In this document: one piece after another, positions 55,361-64,000 of the stretch
Numbering within the stretch: the first letter of the stretch is position 1
How the letters are laid out: each line of letters begins with the position of its first letter
Virus record (IMG/VR): IMGVR_UViG_2706796482_000001
Span: 69,532-133,531 of that record
Reading direction: 5' to 3' (one strand)
Length of the DNA: 64,000 bases
Source: a virus
Lineage: Duplodnaviria; Caudoviricetes
Notes under the pieces: generated by a model
Seen by the model: only the letters and a program-made list of their open reading frames with translations
Database searches by the model: none
Told to the model about the DNA's origin: nothing
Position numbers and translations under genes: made by a program

Positions 55361-55801
55361 TCAGTAGGCGGCGTCCAGGCAGGAACGCTCCCAGTTCGCC
55401 AGGTACATGCCGTCCAGCTTGGCGATGTACTCGTCCACGATGTCCTTCGTGTCCTTGAGACCGAGACCCGTCTTGTTGCGCAGCTCCTTGATGCACTGAA
55501 TCTTCTTGTGGCTGCCGACCTCTCGGACGACCTCCTTGACCAGCTCACGCGCGTTGTCCTTGACCATCTTCTCGATGCCCCGGAGACGTGCCAGCTCGAA
55601 GTTCGTGGGGGCCTCGGTGTCCGTCTTGCCCGCCTCGTAGCCCCGCTTGTAGGCGTCCGCGTAGGTGTTGTTCTCCACCTGGATGACGCGCTCGGAGTGG
55701 AGGTCCATCAGCACCTGCGCGATGAACATCGCCTTCTTGAGGCCGATGCTGACGTTGTTGTTGTTGAGGACGGCCAGGATGCGAGCGGTGTCGAACGACA
55801 T
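55361..55801 (-). CDS. Protein with ribosomal L7/L12 C-terminal-like domain
   Basis: KKIQCIKELRNKTGLGLKDTKDIVD. Confidence 0.75.
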   Translation of the reverse strand: MSFDTARILAVLNNNNVSIGLKKAMFIAQVLMDLHSERVIQVENNTYADAYKRGYEAGKTDTEAPTNFELARLRGIEKMVKDNARELVKEVVREVGSHKKIQCIKELRNKTGLGLKDTKDIVDEYIAKLDGMYLANWERSCLDAAY

Positions 55802-55935
55802 TTGAGTCTCCGTTTCTTAGGGGGTCCGTCCCCCTTTCGATGTACTAAGTCTACAGGACATGTGAGGCAGATACAAGCCCGAAGCCAAAGTGTCCGGGCC
55901 CGACACGGGCCCCGAAAGTCAAGGGCCCGGTAGGG

Positions 55936-56283
55936 TTAGGGGTTCGTGTGTCCCCTCTTGAGTAGTATCTGTTCGATAACGAATTTGGAATCCATTACAC
56001 GATTGAATTCCTCGTCAGACCGACTTTCCTTTCTGCCTGCCCATGCATTGAACAGGCTGATAGCGAACTGAAAGAACGCGTCCTGTACAGGCTCAGGGTA
56101 GGTAGAAACGAGATAGGCGAATGCATGGAAGTCGAATGAACGCTTATCGAATTCATCGACCAGCTTATTCGCCAGACGCTCATAGGATGTCGGTCGTGGA
56201 TTTACGAGTCTCGCACCCTCATACATGTCAGGTACGATTAGGCTTGTTTGTTTGAAGGGACTACGCGCCACCCTCTCCCCCAA
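55936..56283 (-). CDS. Hypothetical protein
   Basis: 115 aa ORF. Confidence 0.55.
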   Translation of the reverse strand: MGERVARSPFKQTSLIVPDMYEGARLVNPRPTSYERLANKLVDEFDKRSFDFHAFAYLVSTYPEPVQDAFFQFAISLFNAWAGRKESRSDEEFNRVMDSKFVIEQILLKRGHTNP

Positions 56284-56437
56284 AGTCCTGAGTTGTGCCG
56301 TAGCCGTCTGATACGCTCACAGACACGCCCAGCACCTTTGCAATGAACTCAGCCGTAGCTGTTGCAAAGGGCCAGGCGCTGTCGTGTGCGTCATCATCAG
56401 GCGTGTCGATTTCGATGATGACTGACATGTCTATATC

Positions 56438-56959
56438 CTATCGGGTACGGACCTCAACGTCCATCCCCAGCACCACCGGGCTCCCGCAAGAGCAGTGGGA
56501 CAGGGAGTAACCGCACTTACACACCTCACGCTCCGAGAGGATGAGACGCTTGCCCCGGTACCAAGCGGTGTACTCGGTACGGTGCGAACGGGTGGGAGCA
56601 GCGTGCGGACGAACGTCCTTACCGGTCACCTTGACGTGAACACCGGGCGCAGCGGGCTTGACTTCCGGGTTCGCCTTACGGTAGGCGTCCAGAACCTCAG
56701 CCGACAGGCGGCCACGGGTGTTGACGGTCATGCCAACCGAAGCGGCCCACGCTCGCACGGTCTTGGCATCGAACTGACCAGCCTTGGGAGCGGCCTTGAC
56801 AGCCGCACGCTTGACCGGAGCGGCAGCGTCAGAGAAGACCATGCCCTTGCCCTCGGCCTCAGCGATGGCAGCGTAAGCCGCAGCGCTCATCCGACCACGG
56901 GCATCCTTGGCCAGGCCCAGAGAGACAGCGTACGCGCGACGGGTCATGTTCTCGGTCAT
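56438..56959 (-). CDS. Lsr2-like DNA-binding protein (two RGR motifs)
   Basis: VRAWAASVGMTVNTRGRLSAEVLDAY; N-terminal RAYAVSLGLAKDARGRMS. Confidence 0.82.
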   Translation of the reverse strand: MTENMTRRAYAVSLGLAKDARGRMSAAAYAAIAEAEGKGMVFSDAAAPVKRAAVKAAPKAGQFDAKTVRAWAASVGMTVNTRGRLSAEVLDAYRKANPEVKPAAPGVHVKVTGKDVRPHAAPTRSHRTEYTAWYRGKRLILSEREVCKCGYSLSHCSCGSPVVLGMDVEVRTR

Positions 56960-57139
56960 TTGGGGTTCCTTCCCTCGGTGTGTACTCAGTCTATCGGATT
57001 GAAGGCGGAGAGGCAAGCCCCGGTGCAGAGGTTGGTTTCCCTCCCCTTCATGTCTTTAGTCTACAGGACGTAAGCCATCTGTGTCTACACCTAAATGTCC
57101 GATTTGCCCGTTGTCCGCCCCGGCCCGAAGGCCCTAGCG

Positions 57140-57874
57140 TCAAGCCTTTCGACGCTTAGGAACCTTGGACGCGAAACGAATGTCAGCCTTACCAAAGATG
57201 CAAAGGCCACATGTCACACATGCGCCACCATCCTTAGTGATAAGGGGAATGCGCTTGGCATTCTCAGGGCAGATAGCGCCAGGCTTACCAGTTTCGGCAA
57301 GCATGAATTCCTTACCCTGTTCGTGTGTTTCTGCCAGATAGGCCAGACGAACAAAGGGGTAAATCTCCTGAGTGCCCAACGCAGCCTCTTTGTTCTCACT
57401 GTCTACACTCAGATAAACAGAGAGATTGGAGACATTTTCCAGATACGCCACGAACCCAAAGGAACGTGTGTAAATCCAGAATTGCACATCAGGGAATGCC
57501 TTGCACGTTTCCGCAAGGGCATACGCATAGTCAGAGGAAAAGATATCCCCATCTGCGTGCCAGCGGAATACCTTACTGACGTTGTGCTTTTCGCACTCAT
57601 TGACGAATTCGGCAATCATGTCAGTGAGCATCGAAATCATCTCACTGATTGTTGCCTTACGCATCAATTCCCAATTGTGCAGAGCAAGGTCTCGGAATGC
57701 CGGATATTGCTTTTCCAGCTTACCGGCATAGCAGACGGTCTCACACACACCGGTCGCACCAGGGCAGGAATACGCCTTACCACTGGGCAGGGAGAATGCG
57801 TTTTTGATGAGAGAGGCAGTGCCAGCACCGTTTGCACGATTGGCAGTCTTACGGTCATGCGAGCGCTTGAGCAT
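57140..57874 (-). CDS. Gp88-like Cys-rich (radical-SAM-related) phage protein
   Basis: FSLP...SCPGA..VC...CYA, FRWHADGD, WIYTR, C-terminal CP...C..C.LC. Confidence 0.72.
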   Translation of the reverse strand: MLKRSHDRKTANRANGAGTASLIKNAFSLPSGKAYSCPGATGVCETVCYAGKLEKQYPAFRDLALHNWELMRKATISEMISMLTDMIAEFVNECEKHNVSKVFRWHADGDIFSSDYAYALAETCKAFPDVQFWIYTRSFGFVAYLENVSNLSVYLSVDSENKEAALGTQEIYPFVRLAYLAETHEQGKEFMLAETGKPGAICPENAKRIPLITKDGGACVTCGLCIFGKADIRFASKVPKRRKA

Positions 57875-58088
57875 GGCAGTCCTTCCGTTTGACGTAAGTC
57901 GAGTCTATCAGAACTAGGCTACGTAAACAACCCCTCAAAATGTCCTATATGTCTGTCCGGGGCGGACGCCCCGAAGGGCTAGCCGTTAATGATTCTCAGG
58001 ATGACAACAATTCTTGCCATCACAGTCACAGGGCATGTCATGTGCTCCGAAATCACAGCACAAACACAATTCCTCGTCATTGATTTCA

Positions 58089-58394
58089 TCAGGCTGCATT
58101 ACGCTCCTCCGAGCTGTAGGGCAATTCCGTGTTACGAACAACAGTGCCAAGAGAGACAGCGTTGATGGTCTTGTGACCAAGAATCCAAGCCATAACCACA
58201 CGGTGCTGACCATTGTACACGGTGCCATTGTGAAAGTTGATAGGCATTTGAATTCCGTCCCTTTCACAGGACTCAATGAATTCATCGCTCATCTCAAAGA
58301 AAAGCTGAGTGAAGAGGTCCATGGTGCTCTGTCCGTCCTCGCGGTCTGCGAAGTCGGCACCGGCAACAATCTTGGCTACACTCAGCGTCTTCAT
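58089..58394 (-). CDS. ParB/Srx-like domain protein
   Basis: GIQMPI....VYNGQHRV..AWILG. Confidence 0.65.
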   Translation of the reverse strand: MKTLSVAKIVAGADFADREDGQSTMDLFTQLFFEMSDEFIESCERDGIQMPINFHNGTVYNGQHRVVMAWILGHKTINAVSLGTVVRNTELPYSSEERNAA

Positions 58395-58632
58395 GCTATG
58401 AGTCTAACAGAGTCAGCAGTCATGCACAACCCCTTTTTGAAAGTGTCCGGGACGGCCAAAGGGCCCCCGAAGGGGCCCGGTGGTCAGAGGAACATCGAGA
58501 CAAGGGCGAGACCGACGATGCCACCCATCACGAAAGGCATGACGAGGTTTTCCATCAGGTCGCTCTTGATGTTGATGTAATGCGTGTAGATGTAGAAGTG
58601 AAGCTGCATGAGGAAGTACGTCATTACCACTC

Positions 58633-58935
58633 CTAGAAGAGTTCGGGACCAGATTCACCAAGGTCATCCATCCAGTCCTCGGTGAATTCGATGAATTCCA
58701 CATTCAACAGCCATGCGATAAGAACTCGGTGATGGCCATTGAAGACGGTGTTCGAATCCGTCATGTAGAGAATAGGGTCGAGAATGCCCTTTGAACAAGA
58801 TTCGGTGAACTCAGGGTTTCCCTCAAAGAGGTCATCGAACTTGCGCTCAAACATCTCCCAAGTAGAGACGCCCCATGCCTCAGCATCATTGAAGATAGCC
58901 GACTCAATCAGCTTCGCAACAGATACCTTGGCCAT
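58633..58935 (-). CDS. ParB/Srx-like domain protein (paralog)
   Basis: GILDPI....VFNGHHRV.IAWLL. Confidence 0.65.
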   Translation of the reverse strand: MAKVSVAKLIESAIFNDAEAWGVSTWEMFERKFDDLFEGNPEFTESCSKGILDPILYMTDSNTVFNGHHRVLIAWLLNVEFIEFTEDWMDDLGESGPELF

Positions 58936-59047
58936 GTCGTCCTCCTTGGCTTGATAGTAAGAGTCTACCCTAGCCACCGGGCCGATGTCAACACATCTGA
59001 AAATTGTCCGGGGCGGCCAAAAGGGGCCCCGAAGGGCCCCTAGTGGA

Positions 59048-59326
59048 TTAGTCCTCGCTGGTGTCCTTCTGGCTTACCAGCTTCGCACGACCGAGCAGAG
59101 AGGCGTCAGCCGCCTTCCACTTCTTGACCGGCTTGCCGACGCGCACGCGGGGGAAGTTCGCCAGGATGGCACGAGCACGGGTCTCGTCGGCCTCCAGGAT
59201 GTCGAACCGCTGGTAGGGAAGGATGTTGGACGTGGCACCGAACTCGATGTCCACTCCCTGGACAATCATGGCCACACGGAGGGAGAGGGCGTCACGCTGA
59301 GGGACGATACCGGCAATCATGTGCAC
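59048..59326 (-). CDS. Hypothetical protein
   Basis: AGGAG RBS. Confidence 0.55.
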   Translation of the reverse strand: MHMIAGIVPQRDALSLRVAMIVQGVDIEFGATSNILPYQRFDILEADETRARAILANFPRVRVGKPVKKWKAADASLLGRAKLVSQKDTSED

Positions 59327-59449
59327 TCCTGTGCTAGAAGTAAGCTGGGGTATTCAGTTATCAGAGACTTTGGCAGGAAGGGAAAAACCTCACGTTGCGA
59401 GGCCCTGTGGCCTGTCCCCTTGTGCTTAGCTAGAGTCTAGCAGCCGAAC

Positions 59450-59632
59450 CTAGTTGCAGTCAACCAGGTACTCGGGCTCGTCGTCCTCGGAGACGGTCCA
59501 GATGTCCGACAGCCAGCCCTTACGGATGACACCGGCCGTCACGAACTTGTGCGGCTCAGCGGACTCACGAACCGCGTCCGCGTGCTCCTCTTCGGAGATG
59601 ATGCTGTAACCCTCGGGAATCTCGAACGTCAT
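59450..59632 (-). CDS. Small acidic hypothetical protein
   Basis: RBS, own promoter. Confidence 0.55.
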   Translation of the reverse strand: MTFEIPEGYSIISEEEHADAVRESAEPHKFVTAGVIRKGWLSDIWTVSEDDEPEYLVDCN

Positions 59633-59758
59633 GACTACCCCTTTCGTTGGGAGGCTTCCCTCCCTTTCGATGTTCTAAGTCTACATGAGCCATCGGACAG
59701 AGGCAACACTAGATGTGCACTACATTTTGTCCGGGCCGGACCCCGAAGGGCCAGGCAG

Positions 59759-60040
59759 TCACTTACTGATAACAGCCCGAAACTTGCCATTCAAACCACG
59801 AACGACATACTTCTGGCCGTTCTTCCAGCTCTCTACCTTGATAGTGATACACGGTTCACCAAGCCTGTTTTCCATGCGAATTCCATAGTTGACATGACTC
59901 TGGAGCTTCAACATGCGAATGTAAGTTCCCTTGTCACGCTTGCGTCGGGCAAGCTTCATGTTGTATGCGATATCACGTCGAGAGAATTGCAGAGTGCCCT
60001 TACGACCAGTAGTACCAGTAACAACAACGTAGTTCGACAA
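59759..60040 (-). CDS. Hypothetical basic protein
   Basis: GGAGG RBS; C-terminal RGLNGKF. Confidence 0.6.
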   Translation of the reverse strand: MSNYVVVTGTTGRKGTLQFSRRDIAYNMKLARRKRDKGTYIRMLKLQSHVNYGIRMENRLGEPCITIKVESWKNGQKYVVRGLNGKFRAVISK

Positions 60041-60289
60041 GGTTCCTCCGTCGTTTGCGTTGAAACGACTCTATCATGACTGATGGACTTGTGCAAGATG
60101 TCCGGGGCGGACACGCCCCCGAAGGGGCGCACCGTCAGTCTCCCATGTCGTCAAGGTGAGCGTCTGGAGCGGGCTCGAACTCAAGGAAGGTGTCTTCGAA
60201 AATCACCATCCATGAGTAACCCTCACGATTGTCCGGGTTGCACTCGCCACGGTGCATATCGCCCATGGCAGCACCACACCTGATGCACA

Positions 60290-60502
60290 TCAGGTCAGGC
60301 TCCAGGGGGCGACGACGAACAGCTCCACGCGGTCCGTGTTGATGCTCAGACGAGCACCGTTCCTGTCCGTCATGACGAACAGACCCTCACGCCAGACGCT
60401 GTCGTTCCATGCCGTCGTCAGCTCATCGACAGACGTGTTTTCCAGGTAGGCCACGAGAGTGTCCTTGCGACCGTGAAAGTAGAGGCTGACCTTGACACCC
60501 AT
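60290..60502 (-). CDS. Hypothetical protein
   Basis: GAGGAG RBS. Confidence 0.6.
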   Translation of the reverse strand: MGVKVSLYFHGRKDTLVAYLENTSVDELTTAWNDSVWREGLFVMTDRNGARLSINTDRVELFVVAPWSLT

Positions 60503-60634
60503 GACACAACTCCTCTTCCGGGAGAACTTCTCCCTTTCGATGCTCTAACTCTACAGCATGTGGGGAGCAGATACAACCCCAATTTGAAAGTGTCCGGGCC
60601 CGACACGGGCCCCGAAGGGCCCGGTGGGAAGGTG

Positions 60635-60913
60635 TTACTTCTTGGCCTTGGCGCGCTTGTTGCTGTGGTTGCCGTTCATCAGGGCCGTGAAGTCCAGCAT
60701 GATGTTCTGCTTGAAGTTGGTCGCTCCGTGGAACTTGCCGTCCTGGTCACGGATGACGATGCGGACCTCGGTGGAGTCGCTGCCCGGAGTGGTCTTCCAG
60801 GTCTCCAGACGGATGCTGTAGACGGACTTGGAGCCCTTGACCTTGAAGCCCTCGGAGATGGTGACGGAGGAGACGATGTTGTGGTTGACGCCCTTGGCGA
60901 GAGAAACGGCCAT
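60635..60913 (-). CDS. Hypothetical protein
   Basis: GAGGAG RBS; IRDQDGKFHGATN. Confidence 0.65.
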   Translation of the reverse strand: MAVSLAKGVNHNIVSSVTISEGFKVKGSKSVYSIRLETWKTTPGSDSTEVRIVIRDQDGKFHGATNFKQNIMLDFTALMNGNHSNKRAKAKK

Positions 60914-61058
60914 TTTAAGCTCCTCGGTGTCTGCTAGGGGTTTCTTTCCCCCTTGCTGATAGCTAAAGTCTACACGACTCCGGAGACAAGTACAAGCCCT
61001 GATTTTATGTCCGTTTTATCCGTCCGGGCCGGACAAGGGGCCCGGAGGCCCCAAGTCG

Positions 61059-61385
61059 CTAGTCTGCCAGGATGGAAGCCAGACGCTCACGCTGTGCACG
61101 GTCATGCGCACCGGAACGACTCGCGTACTCCTGGAACTCCGACACGGTGTCGATGGTGAGATATCCGTTTTCGTCCAGCTTGGCCACACGCACGGTGTAA
61201 CGCCTGTCGTAGTCGTCGTTCCTCTCCGAGGAGACAAAGAACATCTTGTCTCCGTCGATGTTGCTGTAGCAGATGTCCGAAATGCGCGACTTCCACCAAC
61301 GCATGGTGTCAGCCGAAAAGAAGTGGTTGCCCTGGTCCTTGGCGATGGCCTTGGCGTCCTCGATGCTGAACAGAACCTTACGCAT
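61059..61385 (-). CDS. Hypothetical phage protein
   Basis: GNHFFS.DTMRWWKSRI..FVSSE..RRYTVR. Confidence 0.7.
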   Translation of the reverse strand: MRKVLFSIEDAKAIAKDQGNHFFSADTMRWWKSRISDICYSNIDGDKMFFVSSERNDDYDRRYTVRVAKLDENGYLTIDTVSEFQEYASRSGAHDRAQRERLASILAD

Positions 61386-61500
61386 TTGGGGTTCCTCTCC
61401 CTCGGTGTAAGACGAGTCTATCAGAGACAAGGGACATGCACAACACCTACCGGGCATTTTTGAAAGTGTCCGGCCCCGACAGGGCCCGAAGGCCCCTTTG

Positions 61501-61824
61501 TCAGGTGAGCTGAGCCAGAAGAGAACTGATTTCCTGGCGGAGTTCGGACTGAGGCCGATAGCCTCGCTCGTTCTTCAACTCACGCTCGAAATAGGCACGA
61601 AGTTCGGTCTTGTTGTACGGACCGTGTGCCTCGTCGGTGTAGTTGATGTTCTCGAAGGGCGACGGGCAGGAGCAACCGGAGTCACTGGCCACGTAGTACC
61701 GTCCTCGGGTCTCCTTCCACACCTGAGTGATGTTGAACTGATAGGGCTCGTCGTCCCAGTCGAATCCTCCGACATAGGCCAGGTCATCCAGCTTCGTGCG
61801 CTCGGGCTTCGAAAGGTTGGTCAT
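61501..61824 (-). CDS. Hypothetical protein
   Basis: GGAGG RBS; DSGCSCPSPFE. Confidence 0.7.
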   Translation of the reverse strand: MTNLSKPERTKLDDLAYVGGFDWDDEPYQFNITQVWKETRGRYYVASDSGCSCPSPFENINYTDEAHGPYNKTELRAYFERELKNERGYRPQSELRQEISSLLAQLT

Positions 61825-62100
61825 TACGCCTCCTCAGATGTCTTTACGCTGAACCTTACCACACTTGGAGCACTGGCGCACCTGAATCAGCGCCTTCCAG
61901 GTACCGAGTCTGGGGAACAGAGGGGAATCGAACGTTCCCACCATCTGCTTCCAGTCGGACCACTTGTGGAAACACATCCTGTCCTCCGTTTTCGTTAGCT
62001 CTAGTCTACAGGACGGATTTTTGAGTCGCAACCCCAAAGTCTGGTTTTTTAGTCGCAGATTTTTAGTCCGGGGCGGACAGGGCCCCGAAGGGCCCAAATC

Positions 62101-62415
62101 CTACTCCCACGGACGGTAGTCGCTCCAGTCGGCACCCTCACGGTTTTCGATGAGGATTTCCACCGTGTCGCCCAGACGGTGATTCACGCTGTACAGACTC
62201 CTGTGAGAGCCCTGATAGCGCCTTTGCGCCTTGGCCCACGTGACCAGCTTCTCAGCCTGTTTGGCCGAACGGCAGGGCCATGCTTCGATGTTCTCTCCGT
62301 AGTTGAACCACCATCCACCCTCTTCCGACCCTCCACAGGCTCGGTCGATAAGGTAGATGTTCACCCAGTGCTTATTACGACGACGCTGACCCATACGGAG
62401 CGACTTCTTCGCCAT
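62101..62415 (-). CDS. Hypothetical protein
   Basis: AAGGAGG RBS; GGSEEGGWW. Confidence 0.7.
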   Translation of the reverse strand: MAKKSLRMGQRRRNKHWVNIYLIDRACGGSEEGGWWFNYGENIEAWPCRSAKQAEKLVTWAKAQRRYQGSHRSLYSVNHRLGDTVEILIENREGADWSDYRPWE

Positions 62416-62519
62416 TTTTCCTCCTTGGTGATGACCTAAGTCTAACAGAAGCCTAGGACATCTACAACATGTCTACCAGGATATTTTCTCATTTAGGCAT
62501 GTCCGGGTCGGACAAAAAA

Positions 62520-62589
62520 TTCGCCTACAAATTCACCCCTCTTTTCTAAGGAATTCTAGGCGAAAATCCTTGAAAAGAGGGGTGAATTT
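62520..62589. repeat. Long inverted repeat with nested pseudoknot pairing
   Basis: AAATTCACCCCTCTTTTC/GAAAAGAGGGGTGAATTT; TTCGCCTA/TAGGCGAA. Confidence 0.8.
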
Positions 62590-63094
62590 TTTCTCCAATT
62601 ATTTTTCTAAGGCTGAATGGCGACTTTTTCGTCTTTTCCTGCCTCACAAAGGCAGTATTTCGAATGTGTCGCCTCGATTGCAGTAAAACCGCTTTCCTTG
62701 TAGCGAGAAAGGAGATTCGCCAAAAGGGAGGAATTGAAAACAGGGGTTTGGCTTTTCAACCCCTCCCTTTCCAGCAAAAGGGACATGCTGTGGAATCGAA
62801 CTGTAGGAACAGCCTTTTTCCGAAACATCATATCCCCTTAGTGCGCTTAGGCCAGTTCGGACATGTGCGGGTAGGCGTCCCAGTCGAAGCCGTCCACACG
62901 GTCCGCATCCTGCACCTCACTGACCGGAACGGTCATGGTGGTGAAGACGCCCGCGTCACGAGCCTGCTCAAGAAGGTCACGAAGGTCCATGGTGTGTACT
63001 TCCTCTCGCTTGGTGTAGTACCAGTCTACACAAGGGGTAGGGCAGATGCAAGCCCTAGATGTTCCGGGAATTTTTCGTGCCTATCGTACACGCG

Positions 63095-63235
63095 CGGGGG
63101 ATATGTGGGGTATGTACGTAAGGCCCCGTAATAGGGCCTATATGTGGTATGTACCCTATGTACCATAGGCCCTATATGTACCAGTATGGGTATGTATGTA
63201 CTGTATGTACCCCTATATCCCATATGTACCCAATG
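63095..63235. repeat. Low-complexity TATGTAC/ATATG short-repeat tract
   Basis: About 7 copies of TATGTAC plus related units. Confidence 0.75.
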
Positions 63236-63374
63236 TCCGTTTTGCCCCATATGTCGTCCGGCCCGGACAGGTCACGGTTAGGTAAAGAAACCAAGATTCT
63301 TGCTGAATCAGGGTTGCATGGGGGTCCGGGGCGGGTAGTATGTAGGCATAGCCACTACGGACCAGGGAGACGAA

Positions 63375-63812
63375 ATGAACGCCACCACCGCCCACCACTG
63401 CAAGTACAACAACGAGACTGCCGTTAACGCCCGTATCCGTAGGCAGGTGCTCGCTACGGTGCTGTACCTGGCTAGCCTTACGGGTGACAGTGACGGTGCC
63501 ACGTGGGCCAACTGTGTGGGGTGTGGGGAGCGTGCCCACGTGGGCGGTACCCCTAGGGCTATGGACACGTTCAACCTGGGGCACGTGCTGGCAGACGCTG
63601 AGGGTGGGATGTACTGCCCTTGCAACCTGTTGCCCCTGTGCAGGCAGTGTAACGCTGACATGGGTAAGGAGACCCTTACCGATGTGCTCATTCCCACTTA
63701 CGACAATCGGGAACTCTGGGACGGTAAGCTCATGGCCGACCCTGGCACCGTGGCCGCTAAGCCTGAAAGCAACCGAGGACGTGCCCGCTGGAACGTCCCT
63801 GCGACCGTCTGA
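63375..63812 (+). CDS. HNH-like endonuclease
   Basis: CVGCG...GHV....GG....NL.PLCRQCN; GGAG RBS. Confidence 0.7.
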   Translation: MNATTAHHCKYNNETAVNARIRRQVLATVLYLASLTGDSDGATWANCVGCGERAHVGGTPRAMDTFNLGHVLADAEGGMYCPCNLLPLCRQCNADMGKETLTDVLIPTYDNRELWDGKLMADPGTVAAKPESNRGRARWNVPATV

Positions 63813-64000
63813 GACGCTTTGAATGTGCCCCCTAGGGTAGTTTGCCTAGGGGGCTATTTCATGCCCGCAGACGGGCCCTCAGCCCTTTTGAAAACGGTTT
63901 TCAAGGGCCGTGGAACCTTCCCCGGAACCTTCTTGCGACAAGATGTCAAGGGTTATGGGCGCACTATCTGAATTGTTACAAAGGTATGCGAAGCATGTAT

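Larger units (their letters stand above)
53326..63269. repeat. About 17 dispersed copies of palindrome TGTCCG-N3-CGGACA (some degenerate), usually followed by a CCC-GAA-GGG hairpin
   Basis: Copies at about 53326, 53691, 54100, 55300, 55892, 57113, 57955, 58445, 59005, 59728, 60099, 60591, 61022, 61467, 62066, 62500, 63255. Confidence 0.85.

Noticed and set aside
53326-63269. Repeated TGTCCG palindromes as a CRISPR array
   Set aside because: Spacing is hundreds of bp and contains genes; the repeats are short and degenerate; no cas genes
1-64000. Integrase, prophage boundary or bldA-type tRNA-Leu(TAA)
   Set aside because: None seen; the whole window looks like continuous phage sequence

Overview
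Right-hand part of a large lytic actinophage genome. It most resembles the tRNA-rich Streptomyces siphoviruses of the cluster BE/BK type; this is inferred from gene content, with no database search. The region 1-52 kb is read on the + strand. It holds the terminase, 43 recognisable tRNA genes covering all 20 amino acids, a short tmRNA and an RNA repair/quality-control set (Ro60/TROVE, Rnl1-type ligase, PNK-phosphatase, RlaP-like nucleotidyltransferase, cyclic-phosphate receiver domain, DEDDh RNase, metallophosphoesterase). It also encodes rIIA/rIIB, WhiB, an FtsK/TraB-like translocase and a PhoD fusion. The region 52.3-53.3 kb is non-coding and carries three DnaA boxes. The region 53.3-62.5 kb is a minus-strand array of short genes, probably the early/terminal-repeat region, where nearly every unit has its own promoter and a TGTCCG-N3-CGGACA palindrome. 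The most striking unexplained signal is a large non-coding RNA repertoire interleaved with the tRNAs. Four dispersed Y-RNA-like genes share a putative Ro60-binding stem but carry different internal modules. Several tRNA scaffolds have the anticodon or D arm replaced or rearranged, two non-tRNA RNAs end in a terminal helix plus NCCA, and many other multi-stem intergenic RNAs are present. All structures were folded by eye, and the coordinates of RNA ends may be off by 1-2 nt.
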